Source of the DNA: Naegleria gruberi
Lineage: Eukaryota
NCBI GenBank assembly: GCA_000004985.1
Contig: GG739326.1
Length of the DNA stretch: 1,789 nucleotides
Direction: 5' to 3' (one strand)
Shown here: positions 1 to 1,789 of the stretch, piece after piece
Numbering within the stretch: position 1 is the first letter of the stretch
How the letters are laid out: each line of letters begins with the position of its first letter
The notes under the pieces: model-generated
Told to the model about the DNA's origin: nothing
Database searches by the model: none
Seen by the model: the letters and a program-made list of their open reading frames with translations, nothing else
Program-made: the position numbers and the translations under genes

Positions 1-15
1 ATGTAAAGATTCATT

Positions 16-294
16 TTATTCATCTGTTTGATATTTTCTCTTAAATTCTTCTTCCATTTGTTTCCATACAGCTTTATTCCATTCCTGCTGTGGTATTTCT
101 GGTTCCCTTGCTTTCACAGGGTCGTTTGTAATGGTGAGTTTTTCAGGGTTGTAATAGCTGTAGTATTTTCTTTTCTTATGATTCTTTGCCTTCCTAAATT
201 GCCTATTCATTAAATATCTAAACCAAATGAATATAGGTACAAATAGCATAAACGCAATACTACCAATAACTTGAATCCAAAATGCACCGAGCAT
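16..294 (-). CDS. Hypothetical small membrane protein (92 aa) with an N-terminal hydrophobic helix followed by a polybasic cluster and an acidic tail. Alternatively a detached C-terminal part of the upstream gene.
   Basis: 93-codon open frame, ATG at 292-294 and TAA at 16-18, which is long for ~33% GC DNA. Residues 3-25, GAFWIQVIGSIAFMLFVPIFIWF, are strongly hydrophobic and are followed immediately by RYLMNRQFRKAKNHKKRK, a positive-inside pattern. The C-terminus is acidic (QMEEEFKRKYQTDE). Codon usage matches ORF1. Weaknesses: the start lies only 26 nt after ORF1's stop, -3 is C, and there is no room for an independent promoter. The overlapping plus-strand ORF 28..213 is a poly-Phe shadow. 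Confidence 0.45.
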   Translation of the reverse strand: MLGAFWIQVIGSIAFMLFVPIFIWFRYLMNRQFRKAKNHKKRKYYSYYNPEKLTITNDPVKAREPEIPQQEWNKAVWKQMEEEFKRKYQTDE

Positions 295-320
295 GAGCTT
301 TACGTATTCAGTTGGATCTA

Positions 321-1409
321 TTAAATTATGGCTGTATTAAAACTGAGACCAATAGCAATATTCAAGATAATAGAAAAAAACGTAATCAATTTAAAAGTAA
401 CCTCGAGAACATTTGTGGTGGTATCACTGTTAATCAATATACTCTTATTGTTGATTGAATTTAGCATGGCATCCATAATTGTCAAAAAGGCTGCATATGC
501 TCCTGTTTTGAAAAAGCTTGAATTTAAAACATCTACTATTGCAGCCAATATCTTGCTATCTCTGAAATTTTGATTATGATCTGTATAGACAGTAGTGTCA
601 TTTCTACTATAGTAGGTTGGATAGATAGCAGTTGTATTTTGTTTGTCCATTCCTAACCCTGACAAAGTGTCGAAGGGAATGAGATCACTAAGAGTGGTCA
701 TAACGATTAACAAACTGATGGCAGAACCGAAAGCAACATTGTACCATGAAACAAGTGAAGTCTCTCTTTTTTGAACAAAGTCCTTCTTGTTTGTTTTGAT
801 ATCTTTCTCAAGAGTTTCGTATTTCTTTTCAACCTCTTTAATAGCTTTAAGCAGTGTTCTTTTTTCTTCCCAACCTTTTTGAGCAACTTGTGGATCAACA
901 TGCACATTCACCAACGCTTCAACATCTTCTACCAAAACATTTCCATCAATTTCCATAACACTATCATAAATCTTTTTGTAGGACTCGTCTAAATTAGCAG
1001 CACCTACTGTCCTACAAAAGTTTAGCCAAGTTGTTTCTCCATCCTCCCCAAAATAAAAATTGAAAAAAGGTGTTCTAGTAGTAACTGGAGGATCTGGTAA
1101 TTTGCTAATTACACTCTTCAATCCATAGTAGCTAGTCGCAATCAATTCAATTCTTTCTCCAACATAGGTAGTGGTGTCAATTCCTTCTAAATCACCCAAC
1201 TTATTGTCGTATTCTTCTATTTTCTTCTTATGTTCTGAAAAAAATTTCACACAGTTGTGGAAGGATGCAGAGGCAAATTTGATAAGTTTTCCTATCTTCT
1301 TCCACTTTTTGTAACGCCGAGCATAGTCGCTTGAGTTTCCTGTACGTGTCACAATACCACAACAACCTTTGTTGGTTTTCTTGCCTTTTGCTTTGTTCTG
1401 AGATGACAT
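321..1409 (-). CDS. Hypothetical membrane protein (362 aa). Cytosolic-type N-terminal region of ~218 aa with a coiled-coil segment, then two hydrophobic helices flanking a ~95-aa sequon-rich loop. Family not recognised.
   Basis: Uninterrupted 1089-nt frame in stop-codon-rich AT-rich DNA, ATG at 1407-1409 and TAA at 321-323. The context gagaATG has A at -3. Codon bias is consistent (AGA, TTG, GGT, CAA, GAA). Residues ~178-215, EEKRTLLKAIKEVEKKYETLEKDIKTNKKDF, are heptad-like and K/E-rich. Hydrophobic helix 1 spans residues ~219-245 (nt ~675-755), with core VAFGSAISLLIVMTTL. Hydrophobic helix 2 spans residues 339-362 (nt 324-395), FKLITFFSIILNIAIGLSFNTAII, and ends the protein. The antisense ORFs inside it are F/L/K-rich low-complexity shadows. 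Confidence 0.85.
   Translation of the reverse strand: MSSQNKAKGKKTNKGCCGIVTRTGNSSDYARRYKKWKKIGKLIKFASASFHNCVKFFSEHKKKIEEYDNKLGDLEGIDTTTYVGERIELIATSYYGLKSVISKLPDPPVTTRTPFFNFYFGEDGETTWLNFCRTVGAANLDESYKKIYDSVMEIDGNVLVEDVEALVNVHVDPQVAQKGWEEKRTLLKAIKEVEKKYETLEKDIKTNKKDFVQKRETSLVSWYNVAFGSAISLLIVMTTLSDLIPFDTLSGLGMDKQNTTAIYPTYYSRNDTTVYTDHNQNFRDSKILAAIVDVLNSSFFKTGAYAAFLTIMDAMLNSINNKSILINSDTTTNVLEVTFKLITFFSIILNIAIGLSFNTAII
396..674 (-). other. Inter-helix loop of ORF1 (residues ~246-338), enriched in N-x-S/T sequons and Ser/Thr/Asn.
   Basis: Four canonical sequons, N258-T-T, N270-D-T, N296-S-S and N321-K-S, fall within ~95 residues. The loop has no cysteines. It contains an amphipathic stretch, SKILAAIVDVLNSSFFKTGAYAAFLTIMDAML. 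This pattern is expected for a lumenal or extracellular loop in a eukaryotic membrane protein. Confidence 0.35.
765..878 (-). other. Predicted coiled-coil segment within ORF1 (residues ~178-215).
   Basis: K/E-rich heptad-like sequence KGWEEKRTLLKAIKEVEKKYETLEKDIKTNKKDFVQKRE with hydrophobic residues (L, I, V, Y, F) at roughly a/d spacing, immediately N-terminal to hydrophobic helix 1. Confidence 0.4.
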
Positions 1410-1445
1410 TCTCAGTCCTGTAACCTTGTGTTATTTTTTCTCGGC

Positions 1446-1461
1446 TATTAAAAGTATATTA
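1446..1461. promoter_or_regulatory. TATA-like elements (tattaaaag / tatatta).
   Basis: The plus strand reads TATTAAAAG at 1446-1454 and TATATTA at 1455-1461, each one mismatch from TATA(A/T)A(A/T)(A/G). They lie ~115-130 nt upstream of the ORF3 ATG. On the minus strand, TAATATA and TTTTAATA lie ~40-50 nt upstream of the ORF1 ATG. Such strings are common in AT-rich DNA, so this is suggestive only. Confidence 0.3.
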
Positions 1462-1547
1462 ACTTTTAAACAGAAAATAATACGGTGCGATTGAGCTCTT
1501 GAATGGTTTTGTCTGGTTGACCGTGAAACCTAATTCAATTTTTGGAT

Positions 1548-1555
1548 AAAAAAAA
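1548..1555 (+). promoter_or_regulatory. Poly(dA:dT) tract (A8) in the promoter-proximal region of ORF3.
   Basis: Eight consecutive A at 1548-1555, ~20 nt upstream of the ORF3 ATG. Poly(dA:dT) tracts are established nucleosome-excluding promoter elements in yeasts. A T6 run sits at 1434-1439 near ORF1's start. Confidence 0.3.
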
Positions 1556-1575
1556 TATTAAAGAGCACTTTCAGC

Positions 1576-1789
1576 ATGGTTAACATTCGTGATTTTGATA
1601 AACAGCCTGAAGCACGAAGTAAAGCAGCACGAAATGAAGCAACCCTAAAAGAAGAAGAGGACAACACCACACTTTATCAATGGTTCCTAGATCTTGGTAG
1701 AGCAATCCAAAATGCAGGTACAGAAGATAGTCCCTTGTCTAAATTGATGTTAGTTTCCAAAGAACAATGGTTTTTGGATGCCAAAGAAT
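1576..1789 (+). CDS. Hypothetical protein, N-terminal fragment of at least 71 codons. The ORF continues beyond the window end.
   Basis: ATG at 1576-1578 is the first ATG after an in-frame stop at 1531-1533. There is no stop through position 1788: MVNIRDFDKQPEARSKAARNEATLKEEEDNTTLYQWFLDLGRAIQNAGTEDSPLSKLMLVSKEQWFLDAKE. The context cagcATG has A at -3 and an A-rich leader. It diverges from ORF1 across a 166-bp intergenic region. Composition is hydrophilic with no hydrophobic helix. Not in the supplied ORF track, presumably because it lacks a stop within the window. Confidence 0.6.
   Translation, partial: MVNIRDFDKQPEARSKAARNEATLKEEEDNTTLYQWFLDLGRAIQNAGTEDSPLSKLMLVSKEQWFLDAKE

Larger units (their letters stand above)
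1410..1575. promoter_or_regulatory. Divergent intergenic or promoter region between ORF1 (-) and ORF3 (+).
   Basis: This is the only non-coding stretch longer than 30 nt in the window. It contains TATA-like elements, an A8 tract and a T6 tract, and no Shine-Dalgarno-like GGAGG near either ATG. Both ATGs have A at -3. Confidence 0.55.

Noticed and set aside
28-213. 61-aa plus-strand ORF (MIFSLKFFFHLFPYSF...) overlapping ORF2.
   Set aside because: It is extremely Phe/Leu-rich low-complexity sequence with no functional organisation, produced by reading the complement of K/E/N-rich codons of the minus-strand ORF. Shadow ORF.
321-340. Programmed -1 ribosomal frameshift joining ORF1 to ORF2.
   Set aside because: The ORF2 frame is -1 relative to ORF1 and is open only from nt 336. 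The 0-frame sequence there (AAT ACA GCC ATA ATT TAA) contains no X XXY YYZ slippery heptamer. No obvious downstream stem-loop or pseudoknot fits in the 26-nt gap. A programmed shift is not supported; a mutational or sequencing indel remains possible.
433-459. 7-bp inverted repeat aatcaat ... attgatt within ORF1 coding sequence.
   Set aside because: It is short and AT-rich and lies inside a coding region. It is expected by chance at this composition, with no flanking direct repeats or other mobile-element hallmarks.
328-573. 81-aa plus-strand ORF antisense to the C-terminal part of ORF1.
   Set aside because: Antisense shadow of a much longer, well-supported minus-strand ORF. I/L/K-rich low complexity with no start context. 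It would require fully overlapping antisense coding.
707-992. Two short ORFs, 707..907 (-) and 771..992 (+), within ORF1.
   Set aside because: Both are alternative or antisense frames embedded in the ORF1 coiled-coil coding region. The K/L/R-rich and F/L-rich low-complexity translations are artefacts of the AAG/AAA/GAA-rich coding sequence. ORF1's frame is far longer and coherent.
1410-1575. Bacterial or phage interpretation (sigma-70 promoters, Shine-Dalgarno, operon with translational coupling).
   Set aside because: No GGAGG/AGGAGG-like sequence is correctly spaced before any ATG. The only AGGA, 7-10 nt upstream of the ORF1 ATG, is isolated. Start contexts fit the eukaryotic A(-3) rule. 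I could not find a convincing Bacteroidetes TAnnTTTG -7 element. The possibility is kept as a minority hypothesis in the findings.
1-1789. Scan for tRNA, rRNA, CRISPR repeats, tandem repeats and IS/transposon termini.
   Set aside because: No cloverleaf-compatible GC-rich ~72-nt segment, no repeated spacer-repeat periodicity, and no terminal inverted repeats were seen. Essentially the whole window is accounted for by three ORFs and one intergenic region.

Overview
AT-rich window, roughly one-third G+C by eye, dominated by one long open frame on the minus strand. ORF1 (321..1409, 362 aa) has a basic, acid-free N-terminus with a Cys-Cys pair, a K/E-rich predicted coiled coil, one hydrophobic helix, a ~95-aa loop carrying four N-x-S/T sequons, and a second hydrophobic helix that runs to the C-terminus. 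Only 26 nt downstream on the same strand, in another frame, a 92-aa ORF (ORF2, 16..294) begins with a hydrophobic helix followed by a polybasic cluster. A 166-bp intergenic region (1410..1575) separates ORF1 from a diverging plus-strand ORF (ORF3, 1576..>1789, N-terminal fragment). That region has TATA-like elements and homopolymeric A/T tracts, and no Shine-Dalgarno sequence precedes either start. Both flanking ATGs have A at -3. Codon usage (AGA Arg, TTG/TTA Leu, GGT/GGA Gly, CAA Gln, a single CTG codon) is yeast-like. My working interpretation is a low-GC eukaryote, most likely a budding-yeast-like fungus; a compact protist or virus, or an SD-less bacterium, cannot be excluded. I did not recognise any protein family by eye. 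No RNA genes, CRISPR arrays or mobile elements are supported. The most interesting point is the ORF1/ORF2 pair: it may be one three-helix membrane protein split by a frameshift, or an unusually compact gene pair.
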